A stretch of 49,300 nucleotides of DNA. Source: Nemertoderma westbladi. Taxonomy: Eukaryota; Animalia; Xenacoelomorpha. The position numbers and the translations under genes are program-made. Shown piece by piece: positions 22,601 to 31,235 of this stretch (the stretch's first letter is position 1; each line of letters opens with the position of its first letter). The DNA is taken from the NCBI GenBank assembly GCA_032718475.1, contig JAUCBJ010000482.1, forward strand, positions 1 through 49,300, read 5' to 3'. The notes below the pieces were generated by a model. It worked only from the letters and a program-made list of their open reading frames with translations, did not search any database and was not told the origin of the DNA.

Positions 22601-24070
22601 GCTTGCCGAAAATTAGCATGGATTGTACGTTTTGTACAATACGTTAAAGGCAAACGAGACTTTACACGTCGACTTACATTGGCTGAGATTGACAGGTGTG
22701 AAATTAAATTAATTCGCCATTACCAACTGCGATATTTCGCACGCGAATTCACATCTATAAATCAAGGTCAACCAATCAAGTCGTCACCAATATTGAGTTG
22801 GAGTCCGATAATTTATAATGGCTTAATTTGTCATAAATCTCGGCTTCAAAACATTGACTTTAACACAAACTTTAGATACCCAATAATAATACCGCAGCAT
22901 CACGAACTACAACGTGCAATGATACTGGACGCACATTTACATCTGAAACACGCTGGAAGACACCACTGTCTTTCCTACTTACGTACAAGATTTGTATTAA
23001 TTAGACCCAGTAAAGCATTAAGTTCAGTGACACGTACGTGTATTATTTGTAAAAAGGTACATTCTAGAATAGGTACCCAAGAAATGAGTGAACTTCCACA
23101 AGCACGACTTCAAGCATTCAGACCACCTTTTACAGAGACTGGAATTGATTGCTTTGGTCCCATACATACGAAACGTGGACGTATACTAGTAAAACGCTGG
23201 GGACTGATTTTCACATGTATGTCCAGTAGGGCAGTTCATATTGAACGTGTGATGGATCTTTCCACCAACGCGTTTATACTAGCATTGCGGCGATTTATCG
23301 CTAGACGCGGACTAGTGAAATGCTTGTACTCAGACCAAGGGACAAACTTTGTTGGTGCTCGAAATGAGATTGCTAGAGCCTTTAAGAAATTAGATCATGA
23401 TCAAATCTCGAACGAACTACAACCTCACAAGATTGTTTGGAAGTTTAATCCTCCAGATAGTCCATGGAGAGGCGGAGTCTGGGAGAGATTGATTAGATCT
23501 ATCAAAACGGCAATGGCAAAAGTCATTCCAGTAAACCACATATTGACAGACGACCAACTGACAACATTGTTTGTTGAAATCGAGGCAATACTAAATACTA
23601 GACCAATAGTATTAGTACCCGATGACAAACAATCCCAATTTGCTTTGACACCGGCACACCTGCTTATGCAGGCACCGACAACATTGACGCCTATTTCTAT
23701 TCCAATAGAAGGCGATAGCTACGGTAGAAAAGCGTGGAAAATCACGCAACTACTAGCTAACAAATTCTGGGAAATATGGCAAAACCATTATTTGCCCTCT
23801 ATTTCTGCCAGAACAACATGGTACAACAACACCCGCGCATTAAAGCCGGGAGATCACGTGCTGTTAGCGGAAGTGAATCTAAAAAGACGCTTCTGGATAA
23901 CAGGTGTTATTTTAGACACACATCCATCTATGGACGGAGTGACAAGAACTGTGACGGTACGGACAATTGACGGTCGTACAGTTGACAGACCGACTCAACG
24001 TCTCATACTTCTTGAAGAGACTCGTAACGAGTCTGGAGACTACAAATCTCCAACTAATATTAGTAAATAA
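19688..24070 (+). CDS. pol: BEL/Pao Pol: reverse transcriptase, RNase H, integrase (no protease seen)
   Basis: RT: YYLPHHFV, KVRVVNDCA, DVEAMFHQV, FYVDD (TAC at 20624). RNase H: HCFSDAS, PRAELQAA, WTDAT, NPADIASRG. IN: H..H..CIIC, GIDCFGP, YSDQGTNF, GGVWERLI. The GTG start is probably not a true initiation site. Confidence 0.95.
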   Translation: MSLELGEKTSQLEIPSTTDDNAGRLASLPTPITSTIPVDIDDDALRNHQVEQAALDKELTEKTIRWLEQDTAEPGSYEPCMSEQEKQSLRIMEDTIRQTEDGHYEVGMLWRSQSPKLINNYPLALRRLHSIRQHLLKDEKAHLQYNTQMETYLTKGYAIRMTNPEIVTNQTYYLPHHFVRHPDKPDKVRVVNDCAALFEGMSLNSELMDGPNMNNYLMGVIMRFRQRQVAFTCDVEAMFHQVRALERDRDSLRFLWYPEGDLSLPPVTYQMQVRVFGARDSPNCTMYALKQAARDQKHLYDPEIIKIVERDFYVDDGLQSCDTVERATTVAHQLRDCLAGGGFNLTKFASNSAELVDSFGTTERGGGDIDLEFEPLPTTKVLGLFWDPNTDNFRVKVRLDSQENTLTKRSCLSKLSRLFDPLGFISPIILQARIYMRSIWKDGLTWDEPISSDQVDLWKTWEAELSSLEDYSIPRVYFPLQTTFPDNLELHCFSDASDNGFGVAAYLRRQVDSEEFDVSLITSKAKTMPTKYMTTPRAELQAATLSTTIVNLIQTELQSSLQIFYWTDATLVLFYINNDTLEFKTFVANRRAEILDRSIKEDWRHCPGPQNPADIASRGMMPEEFCKPENKEFWQHGPQFLQRSTLNWPPLYDNKSNTIPKDAEIKKPKKGKAKKKTAAKLKKKPKAKWKDITSKVKNGRLASLSTPDISPDGQPDTLLDSQPDILPDISQNVLPDTSNILTNRKAAVSLLERPSIDKQPDTLPDVSPDTLLDGQPDVLPDTSLDISPDVPRNILPDMSQNVLPDTSNILTNSKAAVSLLERPCIDKLPNLTHLSNHKHGETSCITDVGSTYANVNTGVTLRSRDIPNLQPMVRPGINVGRKISLPKPTDPIEFKPPLTIDLQSTDNQGKKTKKDKLLVDPDGSTVDKGILTGGPVGPSSKSKPSKFFDLPDDVTNTHVDRIVNLTDSWTNACRKLAWIVRFVQYVKGKRDFTRRLTLAEIDRCEIKLIRHYQLRYFAREFTSINQGQPIKSSPILSWSPIIYNGLICHKSRLQNIDFNTNFRYPIIIPQHHELQRAMILDAHLHLKHAGRHHCLSYLRTRFVLIRPSKALSSVTRTCIICKKVHSRIGTQEMSELPQARLQAFRPPFTETGIDCFGPIHTKRGRILVKRWGLIFTCMSSRAVHIERVMDLSTNAFILALRRFIARRGLVKCLYSDQGTNFVGARNEIARAFKKLDHDQISNELQPHKIVWKFNPPDSPWRGGVWERLIRSIKTAMAKVIPVNHILTDDQLTTLFVEIEAILNTRPIVLVPDDKQSQFALTPAHLLMQAPTTLTPISIPIEGDSYGRKAWKITQLLANKFWEIWQNHYLPSISARTTWYNNTRALKPGDHVLLAEVNLKRRFWITGVILDTHPSMDGVTRTVTVRTIDGRTVDRPTQRLILLEETRNESGDYKSPTNISK

Positions 24071-24734
24071 TTAGGAGTTTACAAATAGATTTCCACGTAC
24101 CTGTACACTGTAGTAAGGACAGCGGTAGAATTCCATTGTCTTTTATATGTGAACATTGAGGGTAGTACCCTTATGTGTCACATAGGAGCGGGATTTGTAG
24201 GTATAAGAAATGGAATTCTACTTGGAACTCACAATATTGAGACATTTTCGAAAATTTAGACAATCCATTTGGATTTGAAAAATTTTAAAATTTTCTCCAG
24301 TGAATAGATTTCAGGGTACAGTCGGGTGGAACTTAAAATTAGAGAAACAAGAGAGGAAGACTTGCGAGCCTTTCTTAAAATTTTAATTAAATTTTACACG
24401 GTCTTGTTTCAATAAGTTACGTCAATAAATAGACTCCCCTATATTTATTACTAATTCTTGATTGCTTATTTTCTGATAATAGTTTGGGATCAAAAAGTGA
24501 GTATTTTAGACTCACAGCCAGTTTAGCCCAAATTCGTTTTTATTTCGGCAAAAAAAAATTTTAGATAAGAAGCAGCGTGTCATTAAAGAAACCCTAGATC
24601 TTAGGCTATGGGTAGGAGGTTAGAGCGTTGTCGAGCCCAAAGGGCAGACGAAACTCTCACGTCTCCTCACAACTAACTACAAACTCTGTTGTATTCCCTC
24701 TAGTAGTAATGATTATGTAACCACACCTCTAATT

Positions 24735-27700
24735 ATGGAGAAAGGGATACAAGGAGAGCCGAGATGGGGATATGATATCCAAGAGGAGGCAGCAGCGCCA
24801 TTCGAAAGATTTGGAGCCAAGGACTACACTATATTTGGTATAAAAGAATTATCAGAAAGTACAGCGAAACTCGCGAGAACTAAATATGACTCAAATGTAT
24901 TAAAGAGAAGACAAAATGCATTAAACGAAAGAATCGAAAGTTTGCGCAAAACCTTCAATGAACTTTACCCGTACGACGCTTTGTGTGATACGGGAGACAT
25001 TAGCGAAGACCCCGATACTGAAATTAGTCGTTTGTATCATACCATGCAATACCTAAAGGCGCACGAACCTATGCCCGCGGTACGCGATGAATTCGATGGA
25101 ATGCATCTTTACAGACGAACTCGAGGGGATGATAGAGAAACCAAGGAAGCATTTTCAGTTTATAAACTTTATTATCAATGCGGTTCTTGTATGCGCGAAC
25201 AACGAAATGCGATTCCGATGCGTTTGAATAAGGAAAATCCCGAACCGATATTGGCGAGGTGTTCGAACCATCAACAACTACGCTACCAGGAAGGAGGGTA
25301 TCCTTTATCGAATCCATATCATTCATTTGCTATGACCGGACCAAAGGCGGGAGAAACTGTCGTTTACCCACCCAAGGTTGTTGAACCCGATGTATTTGAA
25401 CTTACGCTGGACGAGGCAAATCAGTCAACCCGCGAAAAGAAAGAAGCTCTTAGCCTATACAGAGCCTACAAGGCTTTCGAGAAAGGTGAGATGGAAGAAT
25501 GGGGCGGAAGACTCGCGAGCCTACCTTACCATTGGACGTCACACGATCAAACTCCAGCTAAGGAGATGACACCGGAAGTTTTCGAGAGCATAAACTTTGC
25601 TCAAAACGTTATTCAGAGACTACAGATTGCATCCCCGGAGAGGACAAGAGAAATGCAACCATATAGTACTTCAACTACGAAACCATTGAGTACGACACTC
25701 AATTTTCCTATTAGTATACCAGTCCGACAGGATACGACGTACGAAATACCCATCGTGGATCATCCAGAAATCATTTCAAACTTGGAGTTTCTTCCTGCAG
25801 TTGTTTTCAGCGATATGAGTAAGATATATGATTTACGTAGACATATTACTCAAAAGGTTGTGTACAACGTTCCACCTCATATTCAAGACTTCAAGGAACT
25901 GGATAGAGCTGGTGCCGATATAGCTCCGAGTAATTTGAAAGGATATTTAACCAAGACGATTCGTTTATGGATTGGAACCGGAACCTTCGAGTCGGATACA
26001 GATATTGCCGCGGATTGGCGAGGTAAGGTTATTCGTTTCGAAGATGATAAGGACATAGAGAAGATTTGGCAACCTTCGGAAGAATTGTTGGATGAATGGA
26101 ATAGAACGTTTAGATCGTTTCAGGAAAATGGTTACATGTTTTACGATAACGAGGGCGGCAGTCATCAACAGAGTTTGACTTCTAAGACTATACAAATTAG
26201 AGCGGCGGACGGAGTCCTGCACGTTTTCAGTAGACAGAGGAGCGACAAACGAATGCCGATACCTCCAGCAAATACAAAGCGACACCATCTTATCACTGAC
26301 ATAGTAAAGAAGATGGACCAAGCTTGTAATATCGACGCTAGAATGCTACCGAAGATGGTAAGAAACATGATTTTAGATAAAACTGTTGTAAAGATTGGAT
26401 CAGGAGTAAGGGAGGACTTAATTAGCGACTTCGCCGGCATGACGGACAGCGATGACCGACTACCGACACCTTACGTCGACACTCGACCTCTTATTTTGTG
26501 GTCTATAGAACAGGGATATTTTCGTGAGTATAATACTCAGAAGACTGGAACTGGATACATTTCCTACCTGTTATTCAATTGGGATTATAAGGAAAGTAAG
26601 AGAACCAAGTATATTGAGACTTATGGAGAAGGTGATACTCCAGATATGAGTGAGTTTGAATCACAGCTCAAATGGAGAGGATGCGTGTATTGGGCTATTA
26701 CGTCACCTCCAAGAGCGGTCTTACAATATTATTTAGCAATAGAGTCGTCAGTAAATGTTTGCCTAATCGCCGACATTGTGTCTCGGACTCTCAAAAGACA
26801 TCCACTTTGTCTCGGAGAAGATCATACGTTCTACATGGAAGGGAGGATTCATACCGACGTGTTTAGACGATTCCTCGAACCCTTCTACAACTCCGACGCT
26901 CAGTGTAATGCCTTTACTCGAGCAGGATTTAGTATATTTCGAGACGTGTATCTTCGCTGTGCGGGATCTCTTATCGAAAGACCATCTATGTTTACATTGT
27001 TACCCTATGAAGGAGAACGTATCGTGGAGATTACGGATGAATCACGGCAGACGCGCGCGCCTATCGGTCACCTTGGTGATGATTTCGAAGTAACTACTAC
27101 GATCACTGACGATCCTTTAGAGGAACTTCTTGAGATAGAAAGGAACCTCCCGAAGAAATCTCAGACGGAGATTCGACAACTTGAAGCAACAGATGCTATA
27201 GTTTGTATACAACCTTCAGAAACCTACCAACCCATAGATCCAGATGATTACGATTATAGTGTGGGAGGAAGCGCTCGACCGATTGGAGATCTTATATACG
27301 AACGAGTGTGGTACCCTGCCAATACGATGTGTGGTAAATGTGGCGTCGCTGGACATCATATGACAAAGTGCAGTGGAAAGCACATTACTACGACTCAGCT
27401 AATCTGTGGATGGTGTGGAGATCAAGGGTCTCATACCTTTTATACTTGCTGGAGATTTATGGCTCAATGTACTTATTGCAATATAAAAGGACATCGAGCA
27501 TCTGAATGCCAACTAAGAGATATACCCTATGAACACGAATCTGTAAAACTCGTGAGAAAATTATTCGATGAGTGGGAAGATTTAGCCGACGAACATGTAT
27601 CGGCACAAAGAAGACGATTTCCGATGAGGGCGCATCTTGGATTTTGGGCGGTAAATCCCCAAACGATGATGTCGGAAGGATACATCTCCGCTATGCCCCA

Positions 27701-28460
27701 ATATGACGAACTTATCGAGGTAGTCGATATTTTGCCCCACGACAGTGGATTCCGAGTAGTGCGCGAGTATCTACTACAGATTCACCCGGATAACAAAAAC
27801 ACGTGGAATTTTCAGAAAGTCGTTAATCGCATCACGTATGGTGAATTCGATCGTTTCCGAACTGAAAAACGGAATAAAGGAGCTTGGTTAACCGTCGCAT
27901 GGGCGTACCGAGCCGCGTTTTACCATAAACGTATACGAGCGAGCGTATTCGAGGAAGAGGAGGTCCTAGAGGCGACAAATATACCAGCCACTCCGGTTGC
28001 GCCGTCTGCACGTCACCCTCGGGAGGACGGACAGGGTAGGATCATACGGGTCCAGAAAGTTAGCCAACAGTTAAAGAAGTCTATTAATATAGAAGAACGC
28101 AAGGGAGCTGAGCCGACCATTCGAATTACTCGGGATACGGTATCGCTTCCTAGAGAACCAACAGGAGGATCGGGACATACACCAGCTGATCAAAAGGGGG
28201 CGCAAGCTACTCTTGGGTCTGCGTCGTGCGCTTCTCGCGCGTTCCCAGACGTTCTACCAACTGTAGTGACAACTGATCGGTCACGAGGAATCGGTCGAGG
28301 TTTTGGGATGCCAAATAGACGAATTTGCGAGGAAATGGTCGCACCGTCTCTCAACGTCCAAACGAAACCAGTGACTCGCCCCACAAGTCCCATATCGCGA
28401 GCAAAGTCACCTGTGCGCAGTTTTCGAGGACGCGGCAGGGCTCGATCAACTAAGCGATAA
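24735..28460 (+). CDS. Extra ORF3 (1241 aa): DEDDy-like 3'-5' exonuclease domain + three CCHC knuckles + basic tail
   Basis: MFYDNEG (ExoI DxE, ~26136), TIQIRAADG, LPKMVRNMILDKTVVKIGSGVREDL (ExoII), YVDTR, QYYLAIES (ExoIII-like, ~26727). Knuckles CGKCGVAGHHMTKC, CGWCGDQGSHTFYTC and CTYCNIKGHRASEC (27330-27509). No signal peptide or transmembrane segment seen, so not env-like. Confidence 0.8.
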   Translation: MEKGIQGEPRWGYDIQEEAAAPFERFGAKDYTIFGIKELSESTAKLARTKYDSNVLKRRQNALNERIESLRKTFNELYPYDALCDTGDISEDPDTEISRLYHTMQYLKAHEPMPAVRDEFDGMHLYRRTRGDDRETKEAFSVYKLYYQCGSCMREQRNAIPMRLNKENPEPILARCSNHQQLRYQEGGYPLSNPYHSFAMTGPKAGETVVYPPKVVEPDVFELTLDEANQSTREKKEALSLYRAYKAFEKGEMEEWGGRLASLPYHWTSHDQTPAKEMTPEVFESINFAQNVIQRLQIASPERTREMQPYSTSTTKPLSTTLNFPISIPVRQDTTYEIPIVDHPEIISNLEFLPAVVFSDMSKIYDLRRHITQKVVYNVPPHIQDFKELDRAGADIAPSNLKGYLTKTIRLWIGTGTFESDTDIAADWRGKVIRFEDDKDIEKIWQPSEELLDEWNRTFRSFQENGYMFYDNEGGSHQQSLTSKTIQIRAADGVLHVFSRQRSDKRMPIPPANTKRHHLITDIVKKMDQACNIDARMLPKMVRNMILDKTVVKIGSGVREDLISDFAGMTDSDDRLPTPYVDTRPLILWSIEQGYFREYNTQKTGTGYISYLLFNWDYKESKRTKYIETYGEGDTPDMSEFESQLKWRGCVYWAITSPPRAVLQYYLAIESSVNVCLIADIVSRTLKRHPLCLGEDHTFYMEGRIHTDVFRRFLEPFYNSDAQCNAFTRAGFSIFRDVYLRCAGSLIERPSMFTLLPYEGERIVEITDESRQTRAPIGHLGDDFEVTTTITDDPLEELLEIERNLPKKSQTEIRQLEATDAIVCIQPSETYQPIDPDDYDYSVGGSARPIGDLIYERVWYPANTMCGKCGVAGHHMTKCSGKHITTTQLICGWCGDQGSHTFYTCWRFMAQCTYCNIKGHRASECQLRDIPYEHESVKLVRKLFDEWEDLADEHVSAQRRRFPMRAHLGFWAVNPQTMMSEGYISAMPQYDELIEVVDILPHDSGFRVVREYLLQIHPDNKNTWNFQKVVNRITYGEFDRFRTEKRNKGAWLTVAWAYRAAFYHKRIRASVFEEEEVLEATNIPATPVAPSARHPREDGQGRIIRVQKVSQQLKKSINIEERKGAEPTIRITRDTVSLPREPTGGSGHTPADQKGAQATLGSASCASRAFPDVLPTVVTTDRSRGIGRGFGMPNRRICEEMVAPSLNVQTKPVTRPTSPISRAKSPVRSFRGRGRARSTKR

Positions 28461-29336
28461 AAGGGAGGGCAAGGGTGGATGGAAGACTCGTGAGCCTTTC
28501 TTGTGAATTTGTGATTTATTTGAATTATATGTTTTATATTTAATTAGTAAGTTTTGTATTCTGGAAAACTCATATTTAGTAAGATTTATATTTAGTAAGA
28601 ATTTATGTTTGTAAGAATTTATATTTTATATTTGTGATTATTCCGAACTTATGCAATTTATATTGTTCCGAATACTATGCAATTTATATCTTGTAAGCAG
28701 TATTTGTATTTACAGTGAAATAGAAAGTAAGAGTAGATGGAAGACTCGTGGGCCTTTCTTATAGTTTCATTTGTAAAGTGTTATATTTTGTATTTAGAAA
28801 GTTTTATAGTTAGAAAGTTTTGTGCTTAGAAAGACTCATATTTGTAATTATTCCGAACTTATGCAATCTACATTTAGGCACGAAAGTATTTGTAATTATT
28901 TGAATTTATGCAATATTTCAGATGCAATAGTAGATGGAAGACTCGCGAGCCTTTCTTATGATTTTCATTTATTTGTATTTGTAATTGTTTGAATTTATGC
29001 AATATTGAGATGCAATAGTAGATGGAAGACTCGCGAGCCTTTCTTATAGTTTCATTTATTTGTATTTGTAATTGTTTGAATTTATGCAATATTGAGATGC
29101 AATAGATTTATATTGGTGAATTTAATTTAGATTTATATTGTACTTACTTAGTAAAGCCTTAACTACGTAAAGTTTGAATTTGTAATTATTTGTATCGAAT
29201 CATTATGTAGAAAGGAAGTATTGTTTGAAATTTAATTGTAAATATGTAAGTACGCCCTAAGTATTCTATAGTTTGATTGATTATTGGTGAAAACCGTATA
29301 TTTTATGCACGATAATATCCTGTTTTCATGGAGCGG
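28461..29336 (+). repeat. AT-rich 3' UTR with ~88-bp imperfect tandem repeats carrying the GGAAGACTCGCGAGCCTTTC hairpin; ends in the PPT
   Basis: Hairpin copies at 28481, 28739, 28936 and 29024; GGAGCGG at 29330-29336. Confidence 0.7.
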
Positions 29337-31235
29337 TATAGAATTATATTCCCTAAATGCCGTGATTTTCAAAATTTTATTTTTATTCGAATTAACTTTG
29401 TAAAAGATTACATTGAGTCCTCATTTGTATTTGTTATATCTATTGTACGCCTATTAGTCAAGTGGTTCAGTAGCTCAGTCGGTAGAGCGTTGGAAATTAT
29501 ATGTGTAGTAGGTATTGAGTTCGAATCCTAGTAAGTGCGAATTATTTTTTGTGCAGAATTTCAACTCATTTAAATTGACCGCTACAAATTAAGTTGCATT
29601 TGTCTGTACCTAGATTAACCAATGAGACTGCAGTTATTAGATTGTAACCAATGTCGTGCAAATTATATATTAGCTGGACCAATAGTTATCTTTAAAAACC
29701 TGTTAGAACCTATAGAACAATCGAGAATTTTCTCGATTGATTGCAGCACAAATTTGGTATATAAAGGTGCGATTTGTTCATTAGTTATCTTATCTTATAT
29801 ATCTGAGATTTAATTATTCTGAGTTATCTGATATTTGTTTATTCTGTCATTAGTTTTCAGATTACATTTTGTATTATTATCTGCAATAAATTCAGAAATA
29901 CCGCTACCTGCTTTTCTTTTCACCATGATTCACTACGGTGAACACTCTTAGGAACAGGATGGCCGGCTAGAGATCGGGCCGCAGCAATGAACGGGAACAT
30001 CGAGGGAATGTAGACAGGAGACAACCCGCAATACCACCTTAGTTATTCGCCCATCGCCTGAAAGGTTAGACAGCATTCGACGCCTTGCTACCTAAGCGTA
30101 AGACCAAAGATCAAAGGTAGAAGTAGTGACACGCTGTGAGCCCAAAATTACATCTTAGGGACTGTACTGTCTTAATTCAGGAAAAACCACAGTAGACCTT
30201 CACATTCCTACGGGGGAGAGCGCAGGCAGATACTAGTACGCAGATAGGACGTAGGCACACCGGTACGAAGCATACACATTGGTAGGGTGCAGCAAACTGT
30301 ACGCCTAACTCTTGCTAAGTGCAGGTGCGTTTGCGACTATTTGCAGTACAACGGTGTCCATTGCATTAGAACTTGTAGGGTAGGAGGGTTGCTGTGTTTC
30401 ACCTGAATTAGGATTGTACCGTTCAGGCGGTAGGGCAGTTTACAACTAGGCGCAAATAAATTGAGGCTATTAGGGATATACTAACATCTACCGTGTCCCC
30501 GCCAACGTCCTGATAGGAAGTTACCCAGCCTACCTAGGTGACTAAAATTCTAGATAAGAGCCAGGATAGCTATTAGTAACTGTACGCCTACTGTAGTAAA
30601 CTAACACATTTCTTCTTAGTATTAGGGGCCTGGTAAATTAAAATTGCCGAATTCTGGGCGTAGCATTAACCTTATGCCTGAATTTGAGTCCTGGAAATAC
30701 GCAAGAGGGGAAGGAACCTTATCATTCGTGAGTATTGGACCTACAAGTTACAAAATTAGAATATTCGTAAAATGCACACCGTACCCAGTAATTATATATG
30801 TGAAGGAGCAAAACTGCTTTGACTGTTCAGAATTAACACACGCGCGTTAGAAATTATTTACACCTCAAAATATATAAAATTAACTTTTGTCCGTACTGTG
30901 CTTTGCCCGCTAGTTAGACATCTCCAAATCTCTGCCTCTGTACCTAGCTAGCGTCTCTTTCGCCCAACCATATAAATCACACCGCGGCAAAGTATACGAG
31001 CCTCTTAGTCCGTCAGTGAGTCAGCCTGATTTTAGGATTCGCTGCGCGGGATTTTGTTTTATCGAAGTTTGTCTGCTCGTAGACTGTTTTCTGCCTCACC
31101 GGTTATAAGAGATCGATACTGCAATATATTCGCTTACTTAGAGTTTACTGTTTTGGTGAGAAGGTCGGATTTATGATTTGATTCACAAACTTTACAGTAG
31201 GATATTGCAGGTATTGTTACTGTCACTTCGCATCA
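29337..31235 (+). repeat. 3' LTR (1899 bp)
   Basis: Direct repeat of 14439-16338, followed by the AACAG TSD. Confidence 0.95.

Larger units (their letters stand above)
14439..31235 (+). mobile_element. BEL/Pao LTR retrotransposon with an additional ORF, recently inserted
   Basis: Two ~1.9-kb direct repeats; AACAG TSD at 14434-14438 and 31236-31240; RT-RNase H-IN with BEL/Pao-diagnostic motifs; purine tract GGAGCGG before the 3' LTR. Confidence 0.95.

Noticed and set aside
24735-28460. ORF3 as an envelope gene
   Set aside because: No signal peptide, transmembrane helix or glycoprotein-like Cys pattern; it has nuclease and knuckle motifs instead.
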